A DNA stretch of 64,000 nucleotides from the human T2T-CHM13v2.0 reference genome, Homo sapiens: NCBI RefSeq assembly GCF_009914755.1, contig NC_060931.1, one strand, 5' to 3'. A program made the translations under genes and the position numbers. How positions within the stretch are numbered: the first letter of the stretch is position 1; the number at the start of each line of letters is the position of its first letter. Under the pieces are notes generated by a model. The model was not told the origin of the DNA, made no database searches, and saw only the letters and a list, made by a program, of their open reading frames with translations. Positions 1-13,150 of the stretch are shown here, in pieces.

Positions 1-427
1 ATAATCTCCTGCAGCTGTGCATGTGACTTTCTTTGGAAATAGGATCTTGCAGGTATGATGAAGGTAAGGATTTTAAGATGAGATCATCATAAATTTAGAG
101 TGGGTCCTACACCTGATGACTCGTGTGCTTCTAAGGGAAGCAAAAGGGAGTTATAACACAGGGACACCTGGAAGGCCATGTGAAGGCAAAGGCTAACATT
201 GGATTTATGTTGCCACAAGCCAAGGAATGACAGGGGTGCTGGCAACTGCAAGAACTGAGAAGACAGGCATGGAACGAATTCTTCCTCAGAACCTCCAGAA
301 GGAACTCACCCTGCTGACACTTTGATTTCAGACTCTGGCCTCCAGAACTGTGAAAGAACAAGTGTCTCTTGTTTTAAGCCACCCAGTTTGTGGTAATTTG
401 TCACAACAATCCAAGGAAACTAATAGA
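1..427 (+). mobile_element. MLT1 (ERVL-MaLR) solo LTR fragment, MLT1C-like, truncated at the window start
   Basis: Typical MLT1 motifs: GTGACTTTCTTTGGAAATAGG, GCCACAAGCCAAGGAAT, CCCTGCTGACACTTTGATTTCAGAC, and the 3' end GGAAACTAATA. Confidence 0.8.
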
Positions 428-537
428 AACCCCACACATTGGGTATGAGCATAGAAGTAAATTGGAAATGACTTACATTGCCTTGACATACTGGAAGAAC
501 CTGTTTTTCCAGATCTACGTGACAATTGAAACAATAA

Positions 538-841
<304 letters not shown>

Positions 842-1599
842 TCAGAAGGAATAATTTCTATATTAGACAGAGGACACATGTTTAAATTCTAGCAATCTTG
901 CCTGAAATCTCTGCAAAATTAAAGTGAGGGGCAAGAGGGAAGGCCTAAACTCATACCCTTGGTGAATTCAGGATGCACCAGGGTTTTATTTGCAGGAAGG
1001 CCCTGAGAAGCCTCATGTGGACAGTGGTTAGATCCTGTGGAAGTCTCCAGGGCTAAGGCTCTAAGTGAGTAGAGACCAGGGACTGCTCCTTCATCTCCAC
1101 GACAATATACAGATGGAGAAGTGACTGGCACCAGGGAAGAAGGAGGGAGTAAAGGGAACCAGGTTTAGACTGAAAATGGGGACAGTATTAAGGTGCAGCC
1201 CAATTTTGCATCTTTCACCCTATTTTATGGCCCTCCTTCTTGCATTGGGTAATTAGAGAGGGTGTGATGATGGACTGAAACACAAGTCAAATGATTGATT
1301 CAGCCGCCAGTGGAGAAGAGGCTGTGAATGCAAGGTTCTGTTGCAGACTGATGAACAGGTAGAAGGGTTGTTGCCCTACTTGGGCAGGATGGCTGTTGGA
1401 GCAGAGCAAGATGTAGCCACAATTCTGGGTAGGAGCAGCCATTTGTGACCTTGGCTCAGCAGTAAAGCAGCATCCACATCTAGGAGGGGTACAAAAATAT
1501 TGACTAGAAGAAAACAAGGGTAATTGCAGCATCTTAAGCCTCATTAGAAAAACCCCATGGACCATTTAACCATGTAGAATGATTTGAGGGCCTCCTTTG

Positions 1600-2290
1600 T
1601 ATCTGTCATTTGTTGGCCAGATTTTGTTCATTCTGCCATCTCAATATCTTTTAAATCTATCTTTTCCAATCTTGCACTTCAGTTTGTCTTTCTCTTGCAT
1701 ACTCCTTACTCATCTCCTTGCTTTTTGTCCCATTCCTCCTAGGCCTATCTTCCCCAGGCCTGCCAAAGGGATCCTGCAAAAAAGCAAATCTGATCATATC
1801 CCAGCTCTCAGACCTCTCCACTCGATGTCCATCAGCTCCAGGAGGTGCCTTCCAAGGCCTGAAGGTTGACAGATCCCCCAGGATCCCCAGGGCCAGCCTA
1901 CTCTGCAGCCTCACCTCCCATGCTCCCCTTATGCCAATTCTCAGCAGGTTTCTCCCCTGCTTCATCCCCTAAATGTTACCCTCCAGTGATATTATTGATC
2001 ACCTTCTGAGCATGCGATGCCTGCCTGTGACTTTCCACACAGTTTCCCTGAGTCAGGAAATGTTCTTTTTGCTTGACAACCTGGCAAAGTCTGGTTAGCT
2101 TTCCAATTCAGCTAGGACCAGAGCCTTCTCTTACCTTTACATCTACCCACCACACCCCTGAATTAATTTAATCTCTCCTCCCTCTCTACTACCTCTTTAA
2201 GTTAAACTTAATCCTCTGCTGGTACCTGTTACACAAGTGTGAGAATTGAGAATTCTTACTGTTTAAAGGTCCACTTCCCTACTAGAGTGG
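1600..2290 (+). mobile_element. Degenerate L2 (LINE2) 3' fragments
   Basis: L2-like motif AAAAAGCAAATCTGATCATATCCC within pyrimidine-rich L2-like text; boundaries approximate. Confidence 0.45.
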
Positions 2291-2296
2291 AGTTTT

Positions 2297-2613
2297 GTTT
2301 TTTGTTTTTTTCTTTTTCTTTTTTTTTTTTTTTTTGAGATGGAGTCTTGCTCTGTTACCAGGCCATAGTGCAGTGGGGCGATTTCAGCTCACTGTAACCT
2401 CCGCCTCCTGAGTTCAAGTGATTCTCCTGCCTCATCCTCCTGAGTAGCTGGGACTACAGGCACCCGCCACCATGCTCAGCTAATTTTTGTATTTTTAGTA
2501 GAGATGGGGTTTTACTATGTTGGCCAGGATGGTCTCAATCTCTTGACCTTGTGATCCACCCTCCTCAGCCTCCCAAAGTGCTGGGATTACAGGCATGAGC
2601 CACCACACCCCAC
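2297..2613 (-). mobile_element. AluSc-like SINE with 15-bp TSD
   Basis: Poly-T tail; GGCCAGGATGGTCTCAATCTCTTGACCTTGTGATCC; TSD CTAGAGTGGAGTTTT (2282-2296) / CTAGAGTTGAGTTTT (2614-2628). Confidence 0.92.
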
Positions 2614-2789
2614 CTAGAGTTGAGTTTTTTAAGAGCAGAACTGCACAGTGTGTACACAATGAATGACTGCTAAATAAAATATGTTAAAGAATCAGCTAAC
2701 TAAAGCTTTGATCCTAATTATAAATTCCTGTTTATCAAGGAATTTTTACATTTTCAAGGGACTGCAGGCTCCATCTAGTCCTATCTCTT

Positions 2790-2902
2790 AGCCAATTGTA
2801 TCAAAATATCAGGATCTGGGGCCTGGGCATCAGTGTTTTTTTAAAGCTCTCTAGCTAGAGAAAAGGACTTCAAAACTATTAGCAGCCAGAGTTGAAAAGC
2901 TC
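2790..2902. mobile_element. MER5A-like hAT MITE fragment
   Basis: GGGGCCTGGGCATCAGTGTTTTTTTAAAGCTC...GCAGCCAGAGTTGAAAA resembles MER5A. Confidence 0.5.
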
Positions 2903-3882
2903 TGATCATGTCTACTCACCTGTGAGTGGGCAGTGACTTCCTATACCCATGCTTAGAAGATAGACATCTTATTCTTCTTAGTTTTTAGAATTTCTGGGGA
3001 TGCAATTCCTGAATCTCCCTTGCCTTATAAAGTAATTTTCTGCTTTAAAATAAATAAATTGTAGCTCTAATTCATTTTTTCAAACAAAAGATTGTTTTTA
3101 TAATTCTTACATGGCTTTGAAGTCCTTTTCTGGGCATCTGATCTTTTGTCTCCTATTTGGCATGACGTTCCTTTAATTTGCTATGTCTTTGAGAAATAGT
3201 TCTAGCATTACTGTTTCCTAAGAAATTTGGGGTCATAACAGAATGAGCTGACCCATGGATAGTTTATTTTTAGCCTAGAGATTTTCATCCAAGCCTGATA
3301 GCAAGTAGTAATACTCAATTTCTTTTTTCCTGCTCCAACACTTTTCTATGGTCTTGGGCAAATCATTTTTTTCAGGGAAGACCCCAGCTATCAAACGTTT
3401 GTTTGGTTACAAATATTTCTTAGCTCCCAAGCCAAAGCAGAACGTTTAACATGGAGCCATTAACACCCCAGGATGCAAAACTCCGAGTTGTCTGCTGGGC
3501 ATTCTTCAGTTTTGGAAAGTGAAGGAGGGCATCTGCAGGGGACCATCTGGAAGCAACAATGATTAAGAGATCACTTGGGAGGTTTTGAATCTGAAAACCT
3601 GCACGTAAATGGCACGTTCTGTCATTAATTTAAGAAACCACCACCTCTTTTCTACAAACTTTAAAATTTCATGCCCAAACAGAATTCGCCTGCCTTTTCA
3701 AATCATGCCTGTAACAGCAGAAATGCAGAAGTCGGCCCTGACTTCTCATTTTGCCCATTCTCCAAGGGTCTGTTTGCATTGGTCCCTCCCCGTTTCATCC
3801 ACAGCCAGGTCCCTGCTGCTCCCTCCTTCATCCACAGCCAGTTCTCATCCAGTGGAGAAATCCACTTAGCTAGCTCTCCTCC

Positions 3883-6800
3883 TTGTATTGGCTTTCTCAT
3901 GCTGCTGCAACAAATTACCAGAATTTGGTGGGTATAAACAACACAAATACATTTCTAGGGGTCAGAAATCCGAAATGGCTCTTAGATAACTAAAATCAAG
4001 GTGTCAGCCGAGCTTCATTCCCTCTGGAAAACCCGGCACAGAATCTTTTGTTTGTCTCTTCCAGCTTCTAGAGACTGCAGGTGTTCCTTGGCTAATGCCT
4101 CTGTTTCCATCTTCAAAGCACATCATTGCAACCTCTGCTTCCCTCATTCCAACCTCTGCTTCCATCATTCCAACCTCTACTTCCATCATTCCAACCTCAG
4201 CTTCCCTCATTCCAACCTCTGCCTCCATCCTTCCAACCTCTGCCTCCATCATTCCAACCTCTGCTTCCCTCATTCCAACCTCTGCCTCCATCATTCCAAC
4301 TTCTGCCTCCACCATTCCAACCTCTGCCTCCACCATTCCAACATCTGCCTCCATCATTCCAACCTCTGCCTCCATCATTCCAACCTCTGCCTCCATCATT
4401 CCAACCTCTGCCTCCACCATTCCAACCTCTGCTTCTACCATTCCAACCTCTGCTTCCACAATTCCAACCTCTCCTTCCCTCATTCCAACCTCTCCTTACC
4501 TCATTCCAACCTCTGCTTCTATCATTCCAACCTCTGCTTCCCTCATTCCAACCTCTGCTTCCATCAGTCCAACCTCTGCTTCCATCATTACAACCTCTGC
4601 TTCCATCAGTCCAACTTCCGCTTCCATCATTCCAACCTCTGCTTCCATCATTCCAACCTCTGCTTCCATCATTCCAACCTCTTCTTCCCTCATTCCAACC
4701 TCTGCTTCCATCATTCCAATCTCTGCTTCCCTCATTCCAGCCTCTGCTTCCCTCATTCCAACCTCTGCTTCCATCATTCCAACCTCTGCTTCCATCATTC
4801 CAACCTCTGCTTCCCTCATTCCAACCTCTCCTTCCCTCATTCCAACCTCTGCTTCCCTCAGTCCAACCTCTGCTTCCATCACTCCAACCTCTGCTTCCAT
4901 CATTCCAACCTCTGCTTCCCTCATTCCAACCTCTGCTTCCCTCATTCCAACCTCTGCTTCCATCAGTCCAACCTCTGCTTCCATCAGTCCAACCTCTGCT
5001 TCCATCAGTCCAACCTCTGCTTCCCTCAAACCAACCTCTGCTTCCCTCATTCCAACCTCTGCTTCCCTCAGTCCAACCTCTGCTTCCATCAGTCCAACCT
5101 CTGCTTCCATCATTCCAACCTCTGCTTCCATCACTCCAGACTCTGCTTCCATCATTCCAACCTCTGCTTCCATCATTCCAACCTCTGCTTCCCTCATTCC
5201 AACCTCTGCTTCCCTCATTCCAACCTCTGCTTCCATCAGTCCAACCTCTGCTTCCATCATTCCAACCTCTGCTTCCATCAGTCCAACCTCCGCTTCCATC
5301 ATTCCAACCTCTGCTTCCCTCATTCCAACCTCTGCTTCCCTCATTCCAACCTCTTCTTCCCTCATTCCAACCTCTTCTTCCCTCATTCCAACCTCTGCTT
5401 CCCTCATTCCAACCTCTGCTTCCATCAGTCCAACCTCTGCTTCCATCAGTCCAACCTCTGCTTCCATCAGTCCAACCTCTGCTTCCCTCAAACCAGTCTC
5501 TGCTTCCCTCATTCCAACCTCTGCTTCCATCAGTCCAACCTCTGCTTCCATCGTTCCAACCTCTGCTTCCACATTCCAACCTCTTCTTCCCTCATTCCAA
5601 CCTCTGCTTCCATCATTCCAACCTCTGCTTCCATCAGTCCAACTTCTTCTTCCCTCATTCCGACTTCTGCTTCCCTCATTCCAACCTCTCCTTACCTCAT
5701 TCCAACCTCTGCTTCCCTCATTCCAACCTCTGCTTCTGTCAGTCCAACCTCTGCTTCTATAATTCCAACCTCTGCCTCCACCATTCCAACCTCTGCTTCC
5801 ATCATTCCAACCCCTGCTTCCATCATTCCAATCTCTGCTTCCCTCATTCCAACCTCTGCTTCCATCAGTCCAACCTCTGCTTCCATCATTCCAACCTTTG
5901 CTTCCATCATTCCAACCTCCGCTTCCATCATTCCAATCTCTGCTTCCCTCAAACCAACCTCTTCTTCCCTCATTCCAACCTCTGCTTCCATCATTCCAAC
6001 CTCTGCTTCCATCAATCCAACCTCTGCTTCCATCATTCCAATTTCTGCTTCCCTCATTCCAACCTCTGCTTCCATCATTCCAACCTCTGCTTCCATCAGT
6101 CCTACTTCTTCTTCCCTCATTGCGACTTCTGCTTCCCTCATTCCAACCTCTCCTTCCCTCATTCCAACCTCTCCTTCCCTCATTCCAACCTCTGCTTCCC
6201 TCATTCCGACTTCTGCTTCCCTCATTCCAACCTCTCCTTCCCTCATTCCAACCTCTCCTTCCCTCATTCCAACCTCTGCTTCCCTCATTCCAACCTCTGC
6301 TTCCGTCAGTCCATCCTCTGCTTCTATCATTGCAACCTCTGCTTCCATCATTGCAACCTCTGCTTCCCTCATTCTAACCTCTGCTTCCCTCATTCCAACC
6401 TCTGCTTCCCTCATTCCAGCTTCTGCTTCCATCGTTCCAACCTCTGCTTCCATCGTTCCAACCTCTGCTTCCACATTCCAACCTCTTCTTCCCTCAATCC
6501 AACCTCTGCTTCTATCATTCCAACTTCTGCTTCCCTCATTCCAACCTCTGCTTCCATCATTCCAACCTCTGCTTCCATCATTCCAACCTCTGCTTCTATC
6601 ATTCCAACCTCTACTTCTATCATTCCAACCTCTGCTTCCATCATTCCAACCTCTGCTTCCATCATTCCAACTTCTGCTTCCATCATTCCAACTTCTGCTT
6701 CCATCGTTCCAACTTCTGCTTCCATCGTTCCAACCTCTGCTTTCATCATTCCAACCTCTGCTTCCATCGTTTCAATCTCTGCTTCCATTGTTTCATCTCA

Positions 6801-7018
6801 TTCTTCTGCTTTTGAGTCTCCGGCCTCCCTCTTATCAGGCCCTTTGTGATTACACTGGGCATATTCAAATAACCCAGGATAATCTTCTCATCTCGAGATT
6901 CTTAATCACATCAGTAAAGTCCCTTTTTGCCATGTAAGTCTACGTATTCACAGGTTTCAGTGATTATTATATGATTCTTTGGTGGGGGTTGGGGAGAAGA
7001 GCATAATTCTGTTTACCA
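3883..7018 (-). mobile_element. MLT1D/E-like MaLR LTR split by an internal minisatellite
   Basis: Left part TGTATTGGCTTTCTCATGCTGCTGCAACAAATTACC...CTCTTCCAGCTTCTAGAG...CCATCTTCAAAGC; right part GCCTCCCTCTTATCAGG...TGTGATTACACTGGG...AAAGTCCCTTTTTGCCATGTAAG continues the same consensus. Confidence 0.85.
4121..6785. repeat. 21-bp minisatellite/VNTR, ~127 units, consensus C(A/C)TCATTCCAACCTCTGCTTC
   Basis: Read directly. 2665 bp plus two 1-bp deletions (~5571, ~6473) = 127 x 21. It explains the long repetitive ORFs in all frames. Confidence 0.98.
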
Positions 7019-7081
7019 TGGGTCCTGAAGCCTTCTGGCTAAGCACAATTTTGATCACTTGCTCCTTTCACTGCTAAAAGG

Positions 7082-7689
7082 TATTGAGTTGAATGTGTCC
7101 CTACCATGTCCACCCAGGAACTTAGAATGTGCCTTTTTTTGGAAATAGAAGATAGACATCTTATTCTTCTTCCTATTTCTTAAAATCTCTGGAGATGCAA
7201 TTCCTGAATCTCCACTACCTTATAACTTTCTGCTTTAAAATGAATAAATAAAATTTTGTCAAAAGAAACTTGTAGCTGTCATAATTCATTTTTCAAATAA
7301 ATTTTAACATAGTTTTTTGCGGGTATATTAGATAAAGATAAGGTCATAATGGATTTAGGTAGACCCTAAATCCAGTGTGACTGATGTCCTTATCAGAAGG
7401 GGAGATGTACACACAGACAGACACACAGGAAAGAAGGCTGTGAGACAGTGGACGTAGATTGAAGTGATGCAGCTACAAGCCCAGGAATACTGAGGGATTG
7501 CCAGCAACTAACAGAAGCTAGAAAAAGGCAAGGAAGGGTTATTTTCTAGACGCCTCAGAGGAAGTATGGTCCTACTGACACCTTGATTTTGGACTTCTAG
7601 CTTCTGGCACTGTGGGAGAACACATTTTTGTTTCTCTTAAGCCCCCAGTGTGTGGTACTTTGTTATGGCAGCCCTAGAAAACTAATACA
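7082..7689 (+). mobile_element. MLT1C-like LTR carrying a ~160-bp foreign insert at ~7149-7311
   Basis: TTGAATGTGTCCC...CCAGGAACTTAGAATGTG...TTTGGAAATAG [insert] TTTTTTGC...CCCTAAATCCAG...GCAGCCCTAGAAAACTAATACA. Confidence 0.85.
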
Positions 7690-10031
7690 GTTGTGTTGGA
7701 ATAGAGGCACCCACTTTTGTTCATAGTCCAGTTTTTTCATGACAGTTTGACTGACATCAGCTGACAACCCGTAACAGCTTTCTTTGTTCCATTTGTAATA
7801 TACAAAGATCTTTAAAAATTATCAACCCTGTCCCTGGGGCTTTTCCAGTTGAAACCTCAGACTGTCTTCTAGCATAGAGGAAATCAAGTGTTCTAGATCA
7901 GAGATTGGAAAAGTGTCTGTAAAGAGACAGATAGTAGATATTTTAGGCTTTGCAGACCAAGAGGCAAAAGTCTTATATAACTACTTATAAAACAAGAAAG
8001 AAAACACATTTTCATGCATTTTTTACTGACAAAATTTAAAATATAAAAATAATTGTGTATAATTTTTTTGTAGTACAGGTCTAATAATGACTGGAATTCT
8101 TTTGAGGGTAATAACATTTCACTGCATTGGGATTCAAATGTGATTGGCCCATTATCAATGTTGATTGCTAATGTTCATTTGTTAATGCTGATCTATGCTG
8201 AGATTGTATCTCATTGAGTATTGCAATTCCACAAGTGAATGAGTATTTCATCTTTGAAAATATCTTTTTACGCGATAAGAACTGCCAAATACTAATATTG
8301 ATTCGTGAGCATATGATTTTAATTGAGCATATTGATCACTTGAAAGGCATTTGTAGGGTTCTATTAAATGTTTCCCTTGACATTTTTAGCATATGATTAC
8401 ATTGCAAATTAATAGCTTCCAGTTGAAGGCTCAATGGAAGCCCTTCAAATGTTCGGTTAAATGGATTTTGAAATATGGAAATTTGTTTTGCCCTTGCATT
8501 GAGTCCAAAAGATGTTACTGAGACTGCAGTTAGAACTCAGAAAATATAACCACTGCAAATTTGCAAGGAAAATTGCATGGAGATCTCAATTCTTGTTTTA
8601 TCTTTTAGTAACACTGGATGTGTATAGGGCAGGTTGACATTCAAGTAATGTTAGTTGTTGAAATGACTTTACTGCAGTATAAATTTCTTATATGAGCACT
8701 GCTTGGCCTTGTAATTTTAGGTGAAATTCATTAAGAAATACTATGAAGTCTACAGCAAAAACTAATTTCTAAAGCCATTCAGTATTGCTTAGTAGTGGCT
8801 GAGGACCGTTCTCATTTTAAACAATTTCAACTTCAGCCCTGAGCTCCAAAAAATTACAATAAAACGTTACCACTGCTGAACCACTGAATTGCTGTGTGGT
8901 ACAGCAAGTCAGGATATTCAGCTTCTCTTTCTAACAAAAATTCATGGAACTGATTATGGTTATGTCCATGAGAGTGAATGAGTCTACCACTGAAACTTGG
9001 ATCAATGACACATACCAGATAAAAACATTTTCAGCAAAGAACCCACTAATAAGTAACACAATAAATAACTGTAGATTTTAAATGCCTTACATTTTCCCAA
9101 CCTTTGTAAATTTATCCAACTAAGCATTTTGCAGCTTCATACATATTTTTACTACCATTAAGTGTGACATATCGTAGTAGATTCCGTCTCAGATTGTACT
9201 GGATTAGTATTTTCTCAAATTCTTTGAAAATCTCTTACAATTTCACACATATTTTTACTGTCATCAGATTTGGTATTTCTTAGCAGATTCTACCACAGGT
9301 TGTACTAAATTGGTGTTTTCTCAAATTCTTTGAAAATATTCTCACCTCTAGTTGCTCCATGCAGACTATTTATAGAAGCTAATTCTTCAGTCACTTCCAA
9401 ATTGGCATTGATTCCTTGAATCAGTAACAACTGAGCAGTATCAGTAACATTGTGGGCTCATCGGGAACCAAGAAAAACCACCCTAAATTATTTGTCTTTT
9501 TTTTTTAAATTGACTATTGATGTTGCTTCCAATGTCCTCAACTCTCTGAGCAATTGTTCTTACTGGAAGGCTAAAGGTCTTAAACAAGTTTATTTTCTCT
9601 GGACACATTTCTTTGGCTGTTGTAATTGATCTCAATTTAGTTAACTCACCATGGGTAAACCGCTTTCCTTGCTTGGCTAACAAGCCACTCAGAAACTTCT
9701 TTGGTTGCAAGCTCATTCTCATTTTTTGTTTTTGTGAAGAAATTCTGCTTTGATGAGAAATTCAAGTTTAAATTTTTCTAATCATTGCTTTCCTGTGAGA
9801 TGAGAATGTCACAATGATTGTTCAGTCTGGTTATGTTGACATCTATTGTATTCTTTTAGCATAACTATATTGTCATTGCATAGTAAGCAAAATGTCTTGC
9901 CAAGTAATTCTATTATATAGCAAAGTAATACACACTCCACTGTATCTTAAAAGCTTGATATTCAAAGTCTACTTTTTCTTTCTTGTTATCACTTGATGGG
10001 TATTTACTGTTAATAATAAGAAATAAATTTA

Positions 10032-10704
<673 letters not shown>

Positions 10705-11429
10705 TTAACTTTCACTGCAATTTACAGCATTCCAAGCAGTAGTGCAAAGTGAGGAGCACCATATACAGTCTCTGCCACAGCTACTCAACTTTGCCATTAC
10801 AGTGTGAAAGGACATAGACAATAGGGAAACAAATGAGCATGACTGGGTTCCAGTAAATTTTATTTGTGGACAGTGAAATTTGAATCTCATAATAACTTTC
10901 ATGTGTCATGAAATACCCTGATTTATATTTTCCCCAATCTTTTATAAATATAAAAACCATATTTATTCCATGGCCATATAAAAACAGGTGGTCTGCCAGT
11001 TGTGGCTGGTGGGCTATAGTTTGCTGACTACTACATAGATCATTAGGTCATTTCCAAAGTTCATCCAGCTCTGTGAGCCTAAGATGCCCTTGAGACAGCA
11101 ATCATCCTAGTTACTTCCTTTATGCAGGGCACCTGTCCACTTCTGTCTGCTTGAATATTTCAAAGAAAGGGATATGCAGTTTGCCTTACAACTTAACTTT
11201 TTTTTAACCATTTCATCTACTTTTATTTACTTTTGCCAAATTTATTCTTAGTTTGTTTTCTAATTGTTTACTTTTTTTAAGGAACAAAAAGCACAAAGAT
11301 GAGAGCCATAATGTGTTACATCATTTGGGATCCATACAAAGGAAAAGACTTTTTTGATCTATTCATGCCCTAAAAATATACATTGCATAACAGTCCCAGA
11401 GGCTTCTCAATCCCACAAATGACTTAAGA

Positions 11430-13150
11430 ACCAAAGTTCAAAGACAGACTAGTAGTTGTCAGGGTTGCCGGTAGGGAGAGAAATTAACTACAAAGAAGTA
11501 GCACAAGGGAATTTTGTGGTGTGGGGGTAGCAGAACGGCCTATGTCTTGTTAGTGATGATGGCTACAAGATTCTATGCATTTGTCAAAACTCACAAAACT
11601 TTACACCAAAAGAGTGAAGTTTACCATATGTAAATCTTAAAAGTGAGTAATAAAGAAACAAAATGTAACAGGGACATTGGTTTGAGCTCCAACATGTTAA
11701 GAACTTGGAAGTCATCTATGACATCAAAAGGAGAAAATTGATAGAGAAAATCCATAAAACCAAAAGATGGTTCTTTGAAAACATCAATCAAACTGATAAA
11801 CTTCTAGCCAGGCTAACCAAGAAAAAAAGGCATAAATTGCTAGTATCACAAATGAAATAAAAATAACCACTACTAATCCCATCAACATTAAAAGGATAAT
11901 AATAAAAGAATGCTATGAACAGTTCTATGCCCACAAATTTAAGAGAGATATTGGTCTGTAGTTTCTCTTGCTTATAATGTCTTTATTTGGTTTTGTTATT
12001 AGGGTAATGTTGGCTAATTCTATGCTAACTTAAATGAAATGGACCAAATCTTTAAAACACATAAACTACTAAAATTCACACAAAGAGAAGCAGATAAGTT
12101 GGATAGTCCTATCTTATCAAATAAATTTAATCAAGAATTAATAATCTTAAAAAAAGCACCAGGCCCAGATGGTTTCACTGGTTGAATTTATCAAACATTT
12201 AAGTAAAAATGATACTAGTTCTCTACAATCTCTTCCTGAAAACAAAAGCAGAGGGAACACTTCCAACTCATTTTGTAAAGCCAACATTACCCTAATAACA
12301 AAAGCAAATAAAGACATTATAAGCAAGAGAAACTACAGACCAATATCTTGCTTAAGCATAGATGTAAAATTTCTCAATAAAATATTAGTAAATTAAATCT
12401 AACTATGTATAAAAAGAATTATACAACATGATCAAGTGAGACTTTTTCCAGGTATGCAAGTGTATTAGTCAGGATTCTCTAGAGGTAGAGAACTAATGGG
12501 ATATATATAAAGCGGAGTTTATTAAGTATTAACTCACATGATCACAAGGTCCTACAATAGGCCATCTGCAAGCTGAGGAGCAAGGAAAGTCAACCTGAGT
12601 CCCATAACTGAAGAACTTGGAGTCCAAAGTTCAAGAGCAGGAAGCATCCAGCATGGGAGAAAGACATAGGCTGGGAGGCTGGGCCAGTCTAGTCTTTTCA
12701 AATTTTTCTGACTGCTTTATATTCTAGTCATGCTGGCAGCTGATTAGATGGTACCCACCCAGATTAAGGGTGGGTTTGCCTTTCCCAGCCCACTGACTCA
12801 AATGTTCATCTCCTTTGGCAACATCCTCACAGACACACCTAGGATCAATACTTTGCATCCTTCAATCCAATTAAGTTGACACTCAGTATTAACATCACAG
12901 CAAGGCTACTTTAACATTTCAGAACAAGTTAATGTAATCTATCACAAGAGGATAAAGAAGGAAAATCATATGGTCATATCCACAGATGCAGAAAAGCATT
13001 TGGCAAAATCCAATACATTTGCATGATTTAAAAAGAGAACAAAAACAAAACTCTCAGCAAACTAAGAATAGGGGGATCTTCCTCAACTTGATAAAGCGCA
13101 TGTAAGACACACCAATAAAAGTTATAGTTAATGGTGAGAAATGAAACACT
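11430..13150 (+). mobile_element. Old L1M fragments (3' UTR piece plus ORF2 piece), interrupted by an MLT2 LTR
   Basis: GGTTCTTTGAAAACATCAATC...; CCAGGCCCAGATGGTTTCACTGG; ORF 12169-12396 resembles L1 ORF2 (NYRPISCLSIDVKFLNKIL); AGATGCAGAAAAGCATTTGG. Confidence 0.85.
12461..12899 (-). mobile_element. MLT2A (HERV-L) solo LTR with 5-bp TSD GCAAG
   Basis: TG...CA ends; the reverse complement starts TGTGATG-TTAATACTGAGTGTCAACTTAATTGGATTGAAGG; GCAAG at 12456-12460 and 12900-12904. Confidence 0.9.

Noticed and set aside
4121-6785. CRISPR-like regular repeat
   Set aside because: Head-to-tail units with no unique spacers, in a eukaryotic context with no cas genes.
4001-6937. Very long ORFs (978, 907, 555, 460, 358 aa) with heptapeptide repeats such as HSNLCFH, IPTSASI and MEAEVGM
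   Set aside because: They are a by-product of a stop-free 21-bp unit: several frames on both strands are open at once, the frames swap at 1-bp deletions, and the flanks are LTR sequence. No promoter or splice evidence.
9483-9722. Transposase-like ORF as a domesticated gene
   Set aside because: Only a 79-aa fragment, surrounded by stops and frameshifts within a decayed DNA transposon.
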